In this document: piece by piece, positions 54,977-64,000 of the stretch
Layout of the letters: each line of letters opens with the position of its first letter
Numbering within the stretch: the first letter of the stretch is position 1
Assembly (NCBI GenBank): GCA_964618625.1
Contig: CAZUBI010000001.1
Span: forward strand, 332,266 to 396,265
Direction: 5' to 3'
From: an uncultured Candidatus Saccharibacteria bacterium
GTDB taxonomy: Bacteria; Patescibacteriota; Minisyncoccia; UBA6257
Length of the DNA stretch: 64,000 nt
Position numbers and translations under genes: made by a program
The notes under the pieces: model-generated
The model's input: only the letters and a program-made list of their open reading frames with translations
The model's database searches: none
Told to the model about the DNA's origin: nothing

Positions 54977-56074
54977 ATGATAATTTTAGGAATTGAGACT
55001 TCTTGTGATGAAACGGCTGTTGGTGTTTTAGAAATAAAAAAAACCAAAGCCGGTTTTTTTATTAATCCACTTTCTAATGTGGTAGCTAGCCAGATAAAAA
55101 TACATAGAAAATATGGAGGAGTGGTGCCTATGTTAGCGAGCAGGGAGCACACAAAAAATATTTCAATAGTAACCAAAAAAGCCTTAAAAGAGGCGTTTGG
55201 TTTTGAAAAATCTATTATTTCTAAAATAGATCTTATAGCTGTTACAAAAGGCCCTGGTTTAATTTTGTCTCTCTTGATTGGGGTTAATTTTGCCAAAACA
55301 TTAGCCTGGAAGTGGAATAAATCAATCGCCGGGATCAATCATTTAGAAGGTCATCTTCTGAGTTTTCTGCTACCGCAGAAAATTCAGAATTACCAATTAC
55401 CAATTACCAATTACAAAAAGTTTTTTCCATCAATTTGTCTTTTAGTTTCTGGGGGAAATACACAATTAATTCATGTAAAAGATATTAGCAGATATAAGAT
55501 TATTGGAGAAACTCGCGATGATGCTGCTGGGGAGTGCTTTGATAAAGGAGCAAGGATTTTAGGCCTTAGTTATCCAGGAGGGCCGAGTATTGTTGCTGAA
55601 ACAGCAAAGTATAAGAAACAAGATACACAATACACAATACGGCTCCCAAGACCTATGATTGATTCTAAAAATTATGATTTTTCTTTTTCCGGACTTAAAA
55701 CCGCTTTACTTTATTTAACTCAAGATCTTGGGCCAAAAAAGGTGAAAAAATATCGTCAAGCTATTGCTTATGAGTTTCAGGAAGCTATTGTTGATGTTTT
55801 AATAAGAAAAACAATAAAAGCTGCCAAAGAATTTAAAACGAAATCCATTATTTTGGCTGGTGGCGTTTCTGCCAATAAGCGATTAAAAGAAAAATTTCAG
55901 GAAAGGTTAAAAGAGGAAAAATTGAACATTAAACTACTTGTTCCAAAATTGGAATACGCAACTGATAATGCTATAATGATAGCGCTTGCGGGGTTTTTCC
56001 AATATATTAAACATGGTAAAAAATTCTTGAGTTGGAAAAGAATTGAGGCAGATGCAAATTTAAGATTGAGATAA
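54977..56074 (+). CDS. tsaD: tRNA N6-adenosine threonylcarbamoyltransferase
   Basis: N-terminus MIILGIETSCDETAVGV; Kae1/YgjD family; 365 aa. Confidence 0.85.
   Translation: MIILGIETSCDETAVGVLEIKKTKAGFFINPLSNVVASQIKIHRKYGGVVPMLASREHTKNISIVTKKALKEAFGFEKSIISKIDLIAVTKGPGLILSLLIGVNFAKTLAWKWNKSIAGINHLEGHLLSFLLPQKIQNYQLPITNYKKFFPSICLLVSGGNTQLIHVKDISRYKIIGETRDDAAGECFDKGARILGLSYPGGPSIVAETAKYKKQDTQYTIRLPRPMIDSKNYDFSFSGLKTALLYLTQDLGPKKVKKYRQAIAYEFQEAIVDVLIRKTIKAAKEFKTKSIILAGGVSANKRLKEKFQERLKEEKLNIKLLVPKLEYATDNAIMIALAGFFQYIKHGKKFLSWKRIEADANLRLR
55388..55414. repeat. Heptamer microsatellite (AATTACC)x3.9 inside the tsaD coding sequence
   Basis: aattacc aattacc aattacc aattac, encoding NYQLPITNY. An 8-mer doublet ACACAATA x2 lies at about 55625. 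Confidence 0.5.
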
Positions 56075-56088
56075 ATATAATATAAATA

Positions 56089-58254
56089 GTGGATAAAATT
56101 TACGAACCACAAAAAACCGAGCAGAAAATTTACCGGCTTTGGAAAAAGTCGGGTTATTTTAACCCTGATAAATTACCTAACAAAAGAGGTAAGCCATATT
56201 GTATTATAATGCCTCCACCTAATGCAAATGCTCCTTTACATATTGGGCATGGGGTTGTTGTTACTCTGCAGGATATTATGATTCGTTATCAGAGGATGAA
56301 AGGAAAAAAGACTTTATGGTTGCCAGGTACAGATCATGGTGGTTTTGAAACCCAAGTTGTTTTTGAAAAAAAATTAAAAGAAGAAGGAAAATCTGGCTTA
56401 GATATGTCTCGCGATGAATTTTATAAAGCGGTTTGGGAATATACGCAAAAAAATAGGAAAGTTGTTAGGAAACAAGCAGAACAATTAGGCGCCTCATGTG
56501 ATTGGTCTCGCGAGAAATTTACTCTTGATAAAGACATTCAAAAGATTGTTTATGAAACATTAGAGCGATTATGGAAAGATAGATTGCTTTATCGTGGCAA
56601 AAGGATAGTTAATTATTGTCCCAAACACAAAACAGCATTCTCTGATTTGGAAGTTGAATACAAAGAGAAAAAAGGAAAACTGTACTTTGTAAAATATAGG
56701 TGCGTAGATAAGAATAAATCAATTACCATTGCTACCACGAGACCAGAAACTATTCCGGGTGATACTGCTATTGCTGTTAATCCAAAAGATAAGAGATATA
56801 AATCATTAATTGGAGAAATAGTCATTGAACCGATTACCAAAAGGGAGATTTCTGTTATTAGTGATAAGGCGGTAGATATTGATTTTGGTACAGGGGCTTT
56901 AAAGATTACACCAGCTCATGATTCCTTGGATTTTGAAATTGGACAGAGACATAATTTAGAGACAAGAGAAACATTAGATTTTGATGGGTATTTTAATAAA
57001 TTAGCAGGTCCATTATCAGGATTAAATATTGCAGAGGCAAGAGAAAAATCTGTTGATATTTTAAGAAAAAATGGGGCTTTAATTAAAGAAGAAGATTATA
57101 TTCATGAAGTGGGACATTGTTATAAATGTGAAACAGTTATAGAGCCTATGTTAATGGACCAATGGTTTATAGCTGTAACAAAATCATTGTCTAAAACAAA
57201 AAAATCTTTACGGGATTTAGCTGTTGACACAGTCAAGAATAAAGAAATAAAGATTATACCAAAACATTTTGAAAAGGTTTTTTTCCATTGGATGAAAAAT
57301 ATAAAAGATTGGAATATCTCGCGTCAAATTCGTTGGGGAATTCCAATTCCCGCTTATTATTGTGATGATTGCGGAAAATCCTTCATTAAAACAGGCGTTA
57401 AAACAAAAGGAAAGGTATCAAATTGTATTTATTGCAAGAGTAAAAATATTAAAAGCGATTCAGATGTATTGGATACTTGGTTTTCTTCAGGACAATGGCC
57501 GTTTGCTACTCTTTTAACATCTAAAAACAAAAAAGATTTTAAAGATTTTTATCCAACTGATGTAATGGAAACAGGTTGGGATATTTTATTTTTTTGGGTG
57601 GCAAGAATGATAATGCTTGGAATTTATTGTACAGGAAAAATTCCTTTTAAAACGGTATATTTACATGGATTAGTAAGGGATAAAAATCGCCAAAAAATGT
57701 CTAAATCTAAAGGTAATGCGATTGATCCTTTGGTAATTGCTAAAGTTTATGGAACAGATGCTGTAAGAATGGCTTTAATAATTGGTAATACCGCTGGTAG
57801 TGATATTATTATTTCTGAAGAAAAAATCAAAGGATATCGTAATTTTGCAAATAAAATCTGGAATGCATCTCGCTTTGTTTTGATGAATTTAAAAGATTTT
57901 GATGGCAAAAAATCTGTTTTAACTACGCAAGACAAGAAACTTTTAAAAAATTTGGAAATTATAAAGAAAAAAATAACTCATCATTTGGATAATTTTCATT
58001 TTTCTTTAGCAGGAGAATTAATTTATCATTATTTTTGGCATACTTTTGCTGACAAGATAATTGAAGAGATGAAAAATAGGATTAGAGATAATAAAGATAA
58101 AAAACAGGCGCAGTATGTGCTTTACAAAATTCTTACTGATTGCTTAAAAATGCTTCATCCGTTTATGCCATTTGTGACAGAAGAAATATGGCAGAAAATT
58201 CCTCAATATGAGGATAAAAGGGTAGATTTATTAATGATAGAAAAATGGCTTTAA
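56089..58254 (+). CDS. valS: Valine--tRNA ligase (short form lacking the C-terminal coiled-coil domain)
   Basis: HIGH motif PLHIGHG and KMSKS motif KMSKSKGN; 721 aa. Confidence 0.9.
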   Translation: MDKIYEPQKTEQKIYRLWKKSGYFNPDKLPNKRGKPYCIIMPPPNANAPLHIGHGVVVTLQDIMIRYQRMKGKKTLWLPGTDHGGFETQVVFEKKLKEEGKSGLDMSRDEFYKAVWEYTQKNRKVVRKQAEQLGASCDWSREKFTLDKDIQKIVYETLERLWKDRLLYRGKRIVNYCPKHKTAFSDLEVEYKEKKGKLYFVKYRCVDKNKSITIATTRPETIPGDTAIAVNPKDKRYKSLIGEIVIEPITKREISVISDKAVDIDFGTGALKITPAHDSLDFEIGQRHNLETRETLDFDGYFNKLAGPLSGLNIAEAREKSVDILRKNGALIKEEDYIHEVGHCYKCETVIEPMLMDQWFIAVTKSLSKTKKSLRDLAVDTVKNKEIKIIPKHFEKVFFHWMKNIKDWNISRQIRWGIPIPAYYCDDCGKSFIKTGVKTKGKVSNCIYCKSKNIKSDSDVLDTWFSSGQWPFATLLTSKNKKDFKDFYPTDVMETGWDILFFWVARMIMLGIYCTGKIPFKTVYLHGLVRDKNRQKMSKSKGNAIDPLVIAKVYGTDAVRMALIIGNTAGSDIIISEEKIKGYRNFANKIWNASRFVLMNLKDFDGKKSVLTTQDKKLLKNLEIIKKKITHHLDNFHFSLAGELIYHYFWHTFADKIIEEMKNRIRDNKDKKQAQYVLYKILTDCLKMLHPFMPFVTEEIWQKIPQYEDKRVDLLMIEKWL

Positions 58255-58964
58255 CACTTATTTTGGCTAGTTTATGCGGCATTTTGCCAATAGCCTTATG
58301 GTTGATATTTTTTCTTTGGCAGGATATTAAAAAACCAGAGCCTTTGCGATGGATAGGCATTCTTTTTTTATTAGGAATGGCTATTACGCCTTTTGTCTGG
58401 TTTTTGGAGAATTATTTTATTGATTTGTTACAAATTGATATTAATGTTGCGCTTCCTTTTTTTGTTTCCGCTTTTGTTTATTTAGTCGTAGCAGGGATAG
58501 AAGAATTGGCTAAATTTTTTAGCGCTGCTTTATTGTTGAGAAAAAACAAATATTTTGATGAGGCTATAGACGCGATGATTTATTTGATTGTTTTAGGATT
58601 AGGATTTGGAGTGGTAGAAAATATTTTAATTTCTTATCAGGAAATTTCTTCGGGAGGACATTTTCTATCAACTTTTCAAATAACAACTTTGCGTTTTATT
58701 GGAGCTAATCTTCTTCATGCTTTAAGCTGCGGATTAATAGGTTTTTTCTGGGCTTTAAAATTAGTTACCGGCAAAAGGAGATATTTAGGTATTGGCTTAA
58801 CATTGGGAATTTTGTTGCATTGGGCCTTTAATATTGCTATTATAAATTTAGGTGGCGACGCAGTATTTTTAATAAGTTTAATTTTATTTCTTGTTGGAGT
58901 CGTCGTTCTTTGGGCATTTGATGTTCTTAAGCAAATTAAAAAACCAATAAAAATCAACGAATAA
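58245..58964 (+). CDS. PrsW-like intramembrane metalloprotease
   Basis: Polytopic membrane protein with EExxK (GIEELAK) and FxxxE (GFGVVEN) motifs. Confidence 0.5.
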   Translation: MALTLILASLCGILPIALWLIFFLWQDIKKPEPLRWIGILFLLGMAITPFVWFLENYFIDLLQIDINVALPFFVSAFVYLVVAGIEELAKFFSAALLLRKNKYFDEAIDAMIYLIVLGLGFGVVENILISYQEISSGGHFLSTFQITTLRFIGANLLHALSCGLIGFFWALKLVTGKRRYLGIGLTLGILLHWAFNIAIINLGGDAVFLISLILFLVGVVVLWAFDVLKQIKKPIKINE

Positions 58965-59014
58965 CGAATCCAATACGAATATACGAATAAGACAATTTAA
59001 CAATAATTAATAAT

Positions 59015-59407
59015 ATGGCAGAAAAAACAAAATCAGAAGATATTAAAAGCGTTAATCCATGGCCATCCTCAGAAGAAGAAGGGGAATTGGCAGTTGATCT
59101 TTGTGAAAGTAAAGATGAGTTAATTCTTCAGGCAGTAATCGGCGGAGTAGTCATTAGTGATTTAGATATTTCAATTACTAATGATATGATTACTATTCGG
59201 GGCGAGAGAAATAGAGAAGATAAAGATAAAATTGAAAAAGTTTATTATAATGAGTGTTTTTGGGGTCCGTTTTCCCGTTCTCTAATTCTTCCTCAAGAAG
59301 TAAACGCAGACAAAGCAAAGGCAACAATCAAAAACGGTATGCTGACTATTCATTTACCTAAACTGATAAAAACCAAAAGGAAAACTTTAAAGATTGAAGA
59401 AGAATAG
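59015..59407 (+). CDS. Hsp20/alpha-crystallin small heat-shock protein
   Basis: Alpha-crystallin domain: AVDLCESKDELIL...GMLTIHLPK. Confidence 0.8.
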   Translation: MAEKTKSEDIKSVNPWPSSEEEGELAVDLCESKDELILQAVIGGVVISDLDISITNDMITIRGERNREDKDKIEKVYYNECFWGPFSRSLILPQEVNADKAKATIKNGMLTIHLPKLIKTKRKTLKIEEE

Positions 59408-59455
59408 TTAGTAAATATCGCCGCAATTTAATATTTTATAGCAAAGCCATACTTT

Positions 59456-59537
59456 GCGGACGTGGTGAAATTGGAAAACACATAGGACCTAGAATCCTAT
59501 GCCGAAAGGCTTGTGGGTTCGAGTCCCACCGTCCGCA
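59456..59537 (+). tRNA. tRNA-Leu(UAG), class II
   Basis: Acceptor GCGGACG/CGTCCGC with A73; anticodon arm TAGGA-CCTAGAA-TCCTA; variable arm GCCGAAAGGC; T-loop TTCGAGT. Confidence 0.75.
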
Positions 59538-59570
59538 CCCGCTCCCAATACTAAACTTATAAATCTAATC

Positions 59571-59594
59571 AAAAACCCCTTTTAAGGGGTTTTT
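59571..59594. terminator. Bidirectional terminator
   Basis: AAAAACCCCT-ttta-AGGGGTTTTT. Confidence 0.5.
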
Positions 59595-59617
59595 AATTGA
59601 ATAGATATATTCTAGAT

Positions 59618-59980
59618 CTAGAAGAAAGAGCATCCTGTTGTACTCCCACCGACAAACACACATATCATATAAATTAGGCCCTTAGCCAAAACAGCAACAC
59701 CTATACCTATAAGAGCGTAGGTAAGGGAATCCAAAGCCTTTTTCATTTTTGTCGCATCACCGGCAGCAGTAATATAAGTAAAACCAGCCCAGACAAGCAT
59801 AATACCAGCGACAAAAACTACAATGCCAAAAACCCAATTAAAAGCTTTCTGTAAAATACCATTATCTCCCCAAAGCTCAAGTTTAATATCTGGTGGTTTC
59901 AGTCCTTCTGTTGTTGCACCAAAAACAGGTATCGCAATTAACATACTTATAGCTAAAATAGGTAAAATAGCTTTTTTCAT
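59618..59980 (-). CDS. TrbC/VirB2-like pilin paralogue
   Basis: Signal peptide and two hydrophobic helices (VWAGFTYITAAGD...LIGIGVAVL). It resembles the gene at 28008..28391. Confidence 0.45.
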   Translation of the reverse strand: MKKAILPILAISMLIAIPVFGATTEGLKPPDIKLELWGDNGILQKAFNWVFGIVVFVAGIMLVWAGFTYITAAGDATKMKKALDSLTYALIGIGVAVLAKGLIYMICVFVGGSTTGCSFF

Positions 59981-60078
59981 TTTATTATTTTATTTAAATT
60001 ATTTATTATATTCGACCTTTTCCTTTAATGTAAATTATAGCAAATTGTGGTTAAGCTATCAACTTATTATTAAAAAAT

Positions 60079-60570
60079 TCATATTTGAATAGACTCAGGA
60101 AGTTCATTATCTATTTCTTCTATTTCTTCAGATTCTCCGGAAAGAAATTCTTCAATAATAGTAGGAATACTACTGGCGACTAAAACAATAGCGAAACCTA
60201 TTATAGCCCAAATTAATGCTTTCTGAGCAGTTTTTACTTTATCTTCATTTCCAGCAGAAGTGATATATAAATATCCCGCATAAACTACAAGAATAGCAGT
60301 AATAGGAATAGCTAATATAATTAAAAAATTAATGATATTTTTTATTAAAGAGTTAATATCACTTGTTTCTCCCAATGGATTTTCAATAAATAAACCTGTG
60401 GTAGAAGTAGAACCAACTTCTTCTTCGGTGTTTCCGATTTCCACATCAATAGGAATCTCTGCCTGACTTTGTATTGGGTTTAAAAATAAGCTTAATAATA
60501 CTAAATTAATAATTAGAATAGTTAATAAAACGATATTTATTTTTGTAGAATTTTTAAATATAGATTTCAT
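60079..60570 (-). CDS. TrbC/VirB2-like pilin paralogue
   Basis: VYAGYLYITSAGNEDKVKTAQKALIWAIIGFAIVL. Confidence 0.45.
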   Translation of the reverse strand: MKSIFKNSTKINIVLLTILIINLVLLSLFLNPIQSQAEIPIDVEIGNTEEEVGSTSTTGLFIENPLGETSDINSLIKNIINFLIILAIPITAILVVYAGYLYITSAGNEDKVKTAQKALIWAIIGFAIVLVASSIPTIIEEFLSGESEEIEEIDNELPESIQI

Positions 60571-60576
60571 AGTTAA

Positions 60577-62043
60577 TTAATTATTATTAAACTCACATTT
60601 TCCTCCCGGTCCAAAAGTGTTTGTGAATTCGCAGTCTCCAAGAGAAAGACATTCTGCTTTGTCGCAAATATTAAACAAACCTACCCCACACTCTTCACAT
60701 TTAGATGCCGGCTCTATCTCTGGTTCTGGTTCGGATTCCACGGGGTTCGCGGGTGTTTCATCGTCTTCTGAAACACAATAAGCGAAAGATTTACCTTCTG
60801 GGCTTGGGCTATTAATATTGCTTTTTCCAAAATCACAATGCCATCCATTCCCATAAATTTCTCCTGGCGGATTGAGTAATTTACTTGGTTCTACGGCAAG
60901 ACAGAAACCATCTTTTATCTTTTTTTCTATTCCACACTCAGCTGCTCCAGAAGTTTCATTACAGTTCTGATCCCACTCTGGGCACATAATTGGATATTCA
61001 ATCCATTCTCCATCTAAATTGGGATATTTTTCTTCTATTTCTTTTTTCTTCTGTTCTATTTGTTCTTCAGGAGGAATATAATCAGGATCAATAATGCAAT
61101 CAATATATAAAGTGCCAATAGGAGGGTAACAAGGATTACTTTCTGAGCCAGCAGGATTAATTTCACCCGTAAATTCGCAATACCAGCCTTTTCCATTACT
61201 TGTTATTTCACTTTTTGTTGGAATTGTGTGTTCTCCTGCCTGACATTTACCTTTTGGATTAAATTCATCTCCACATTCACGTGAGATCGCTATAGGCAAA
61301 CACATTTGATTTGAGTCGCTAACAGGATATTGATCAGCATCTTCCCATCCTTCTTCATTTTCATCATTTTCATCATCATTTTGTTTAGGTTTGCAAAAAC
61401 CACCAGGCCAGGCAATGTAATTATAATATTCACAGTTTCCAAGGGAAAGACATTCTGCTTCGTCGCAAATATTGCCATCCAACAAATATCCTCCGCAATT
61501 CGTACAATTAGATTCTGGTTCTGGCTCTGTGACTTGGTCGCCAGGATCTACATCATCTATAGGAATACTTGATTGTTCAGGCAGATCAAATATAGAGCCG
61601 GCTTCAGGGCATTCTATATGGAACCAGGTTCCTGTATAATCATCACCACCCATTTGTTTGATTGTCCAAAATACAGTATTAACAATTATCCAAGCAGTCA
61701 AAATTATAACTAATCCAATAATAGCATTTGTTATAATTTGTTGTCCAGCCTTAAGATTTTCTTCTTTACCAAGAGAGAAGATCCAGCGAAATCCTCCATA
61801 GACAATAAATCCAATTATGATAAGAAAAGCCATTTTTAAGGCAAACTCTAAAACATTTTGCGTTAAGACTAATAAATCACAAGTAGTACAAGCCTGCTCA
61901 CCAGGACCTCCACACGGAACCAATCCAGCAGCTCCTGCTGAAATAGGCACAAATATGAGAATCAGAAGAGAGAAAATAATTAATTCTTTTGTTCTTTTAT
62001 TCTTTGGCTTTGTACATTTCATGTTTATTGTTTTTTGTTCCAA
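60577..62043 (-). CDS. Pilin-like N-terminal domain fused to a roughly 350-aa Cys-rich extracellular domain
   Basis: N-terminus LVPCGG...GGFRWIFSLGKEENLKAGQQIITNAIIGLVIILTAW (VirB2-like), followed by an acidic Cys-rich region. That region has terminal repeats CxxCG..L..ICDEAECLSLGNCE[Y/F]. Confidence 0.4.
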   Translation of the reverse strand: MEQKTINMKCTKPKNKRTKELIIFSLLILIFVPISAGAAGLVPCGGPGEQACTTCDLLVLTQNVLEFALKMAFLIIIGFIVYGGFRWIFSLGKEENLKAGQQIITNAIIGLVIILTAWIIVNTVFWTIKQMGGDDYTGTWFHIECPEAGSIFDLPEQSSIPIDDVDPGDQVTEPEPESNCTNCGGYLLDGNICDEAECLSLGNCEYYNYIAWPGGFCKPKQNDDENDENEEGWEDADQYPVSDSNQMCLPIAISRECGDEFNPKGKCQAGEHTIPTKSEITSNGKGWYCEFTGEINPAGSESNPCYPPIGTLYIDCIIDPDYIPPEEQIEQKKKEIEEKYPNLDGEWIEYPIMCPEWDQNCNETSGAAECGIEKKIKDGFCLAVEPSKLLNPPGEIYGNGWHCDFGKSNINSPSPEGKSFAYCVSEDDETPANPVESEPEPEIEPASKCEECGVGLFNICDKAECLSLGDCEFTNTFGPGGKCEFNNN

Positions 62044-63335
62044 AAAAGATTAATTCTATCAGCTGCAGCAATTATCGCTTGGGCAGGGGATTTGCCTTTA
62101 TGAGTAACATCTTCTATCATTTCTTTAAATATTTGATTAATTTCCTGAAAATTATATTGATGCCAATTTTGGCTTGTTAGAATTTGTCTTGTAAATATTC
62201 CACTAGCAGGTTCATTAACATAATTTTGAATTAAGTCTAATCTGGCAGGGGGATTTTTTGTTTGAAGGTAATAGAATTTAGCGGTATTCTGTTGTGCAAG
62301 AAATTTTAAAAACATCCAACATACTTCAGGGGATTTTGAATTTTGAGAAACTACTAAACTCATTGTGTCTCCATAATTTATCTTTGAAGAACTAGCAGTA
62401 AATTGTGGTAAAGAGGCAATACCATAATTAAGATTAGGATTATATTCTTTTATAATCTTTTGGGCTTGACTATATCCAATCAACATAGCAGTTTCCCCTT
62501 TACTAAAAGCAATTACCGAATCAGTAAAGTTATCATTCCAAGTATAATAACGGGAACGAGAGTCGCTAAATTGAGTATAAAATTTTAATGCTTCTTCGCC
62601 AGGCAAAATCTTTTTGCCATTGATCAATGCATCATATCTAAAAGTTGTTTGTTTTTTATCTATATCAACAATATTACCGCCATATTGCATCATTAGAGCT
62701 GATATAATATCAAAGTTCCATCGAACATTATAAGGAGATCCCAATGCGATTGCTGCTCGTGTAATCTGTCCTTGATTATTGATTCTGCGCAGACGGGAAA
62801 TTAAATTAAGAACTTCTTCCCATGTAGCAGGGGGGAGAGCAATATTATAATAGTTAAAAATATCCTGATTATAATAAAGGGCTAAACTATCAACATATAA
62901 AGGAACACCAAGCAAATAATCGCCTTTTAGTAATTCATTTTTTGCTATTTGAGGATAGGTTTGGTCTAAATCAAATAAGTTTAAATCTTTATCCTTTTTT
63001 AAGTCCAAATGGGAAATTTTATTTTGATAGTAAGGAAGATTGCTATTCCAAAGCATAAAGATATTTGGAGCTTGATTATCACTAAAAGCTTTTAGGAGAT
63101 CTTCATGATAAGTGTCTTTGTCTTTTAATGTATAATTAATACGAGTGTAAGGATATTTCTTTTGAAAATTATCAATTATCGGCAAAAATGTTTTAGAATC
63201 ATCCAATATTCCCCAAATCTCTAAACTAACAGGTGTTGGTCTGGTCCTCTGAAACCTTATTCCTAAGAAAATAATAGAAACAATAATTAAACCGGCGACT
63301 AATAAAATTTTCTTTTGTCGTATTGTTAGTGCCAT
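62025..63335 (-). CDS. Extracellular solute-binding protein (ABC transporter substrate-binding, family 1-like), membrane-anchored
   Basis: N-terminal TM segment; 436 aa with a periplasmic-binding-protein-like sequence. Assignment by overall similarity only. Confidence 0.4.
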   Translation of the reverse strand: MALTIRQKKILLVAGLIIVSIIFLGIRFQRTRPTPVSLEIWGILDDSKTFLPIIDNFQKKYPYTRINYTLKDKDTYHEDLLKAFSDNQAPNIFMLWNSNLPYYQNKISHLDLKKDKDLNLFDLDQTYPQIAKNELLKGDYLLGVPLYVDSLALYYNQDIFNYYNIALPPATWEEVLNLISRLRRINNQGQITRAAIALGSPYNVRWNFDIISALMMQYGGNIVDIDKKQTTFRYDALINGKKILPGEEALKFYTQFSDSRSRYYTWNDNFTDSVIAFSKGETAMLIGYSQAQKIIKEYNPNLNYGIASLPQFTASSSKINYGDTMSLVVSQNSKSPEVCWMFLKFLAQQNTAKFYYLQTKNPPARLDLIQNYVNEPASGIFTRQILTSQNWHQYNFQEINQIFKEMIEDVTHKGKSPAQAIIAAADRINLFWNKKQ

Positions 63336-63365
63336 AATCTATTTTTGGACAAAGTGAGCAGGTTC

Positions 63366-63905
63366 TTATTTATCTACTAATTTTGTTAGAAATCCATAGT
63401 GGGTTAATCCTAAAGACAACTCTCTTTCTACTCGAAAACCAGATTTTTCCAGTAAATCAACGCTTTCGTCTTTACTAATTGGATAAAGTTTCTTTTGCGA
63501 AGGTAATTTATCAGGATACCATTCTATAAGGACTAAATAACCTTCCAATTTCAATACTCTTTTTGCTTCTTGGATTAATTTTTCTTTTTTCTCAACTTCA
63601 AAAAGGATATTGGATATTAAAACTAAGTCGCAAGAATCATTGGGCAAATTACTTCCTCGCGCATCTTCTAAATTTGCCCAGCGGGGCTCTATAATATTAA
63701 AAAGCCCTTCTAATTTAGAACGGAATTCCAAAGCTTCTAATGAAGGCTTCCAGATATCAAGAGCTATCACTCTTCCAGAAGGTTTTAAGCACTTAGCTAT
63801 TGCCAAACTAAAATACCCTGCGCCGCTGCCAAAATCAGCAACAGTCATTCCTTCTTTTAAAGGAAGAGTTTTAACTATTTCATCAGGGTTGAGGAAAGAT
63901 GTCAT
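63366..63905 (-). CDS. Class I SAM-dependent methyltransferase
   Basis: Motif I VADFGSGAGYFSLAIA and motif II VIALDI. Confidence 0.65.
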   Translation of the reverse strand: MTSFLNPDEIVKTLPLKEGMTVADFGSGAGYFSLAIAKCLKPSGRVIALDIWKPSLEALEFRSKLEGLFNIIEPRWANLEDARGSNLPNDSCDLVLISNILFEVEKKEKLIQEAKRVLKLEGYLVLIEWYPDKLPSQKKLYPISKDESVDLLEKSGFRVERELSLGLTHYGFLTKLVDK

Positions 63906-64000
63906 AATAAAGAATTAAATATTGGTTGGTTATTTGCTTGTATTATATCAAATTTTTTCACAATAGAGTAATTGCAGCAATTTTATCTTCTTGATCTAAT

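Noticed and set aside
1-64000. CRISPR array, rRNA genes, transposase or integrase genes
   Set aside because: No repeat-spacer periodicity, no rRNA-like conserved stretches, and no DDE/tyrosine-recombinase ORFs were seen in this window. The mobile content here is inteins and short palindromic repeats.

Overview
This window is low-GC, gene-dense bacterial chromosome with a CPR/Patescibacteria-like gene set. Bacterial markers include rpmH, rnpA, yidC, jag, dnaA, dnaN, ruvC, nusA, tig and a PBP1A homologue, and many proteins carry Lys/Glu-rich tails.

Housekeeping content:
- rpsP
- gyrB, which carries two inteins (HNH-type and LAGLIDADG-type)
- pheT and pheS
- yebC, ruvC, PBP1A-like, DUF721
- dnaN and dnaA, with the candidate origin between dnaA and the divergent rpmH-rnpA-yidC-jag operon
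- ksgA, clpP, tig, nusA, yraN, tsaD, valS, hsp20
- a minus-strand tRNA cluster (Ala, Pro, Arg) plus a split Lys-like gene, tRNA-His on plus, and Gly, Glu and Leu tRNAs elsewhere

Accessory content:
- 1..9.7 kb: a restriction-modification operon with a fused Dam-like plus N4/N6 DNA methyltransferase, followed by a degenerate free-standing LAGLIDADG-fold protein paralogous to the gyrB intein endonuclease and a small PD-(D/E)xK-like protein, with two HTH regulators and phased operator repeats.
- Also in 1..9.7 kb: a DEDDh exonuclease, a GNAT, and a SMODS nucleotidyltransferase plus SLATT two-TM (CBASS-like) module inside a cassette bounded by repeated terminator and tRNA-like motifs next to rpsP.
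- 28..35.5 kb: a minimal Gram-positive/CPR-type T4SS-like cluster with a VirB2 pilin, a VirB4 split by an in-frame TAA, a VirB3-like protein and a VirB6-like protein.
- 59.6..62 kb: three more VirB2-like pilin paralogues, one fused to a Cys-rich domain.
- Surface proteins with near-identical tandem repeats, plus sortase, CAP, LysM-M23 and PrsW homologues.

The most unusual feature is a tRNA-Lys(UUU)-like gene whose anticodon loop, exactly after nt 37, is interrupted by a 124-nt insert. The insert contains a complete tRNA-Ala(CGC) and is closed by a perfect 11-bp helix. A roughly 117-bp MITE-like palindromic element family has two full and three partial copies. Heptamer microsatellites sit inside ksgA and tsaD.
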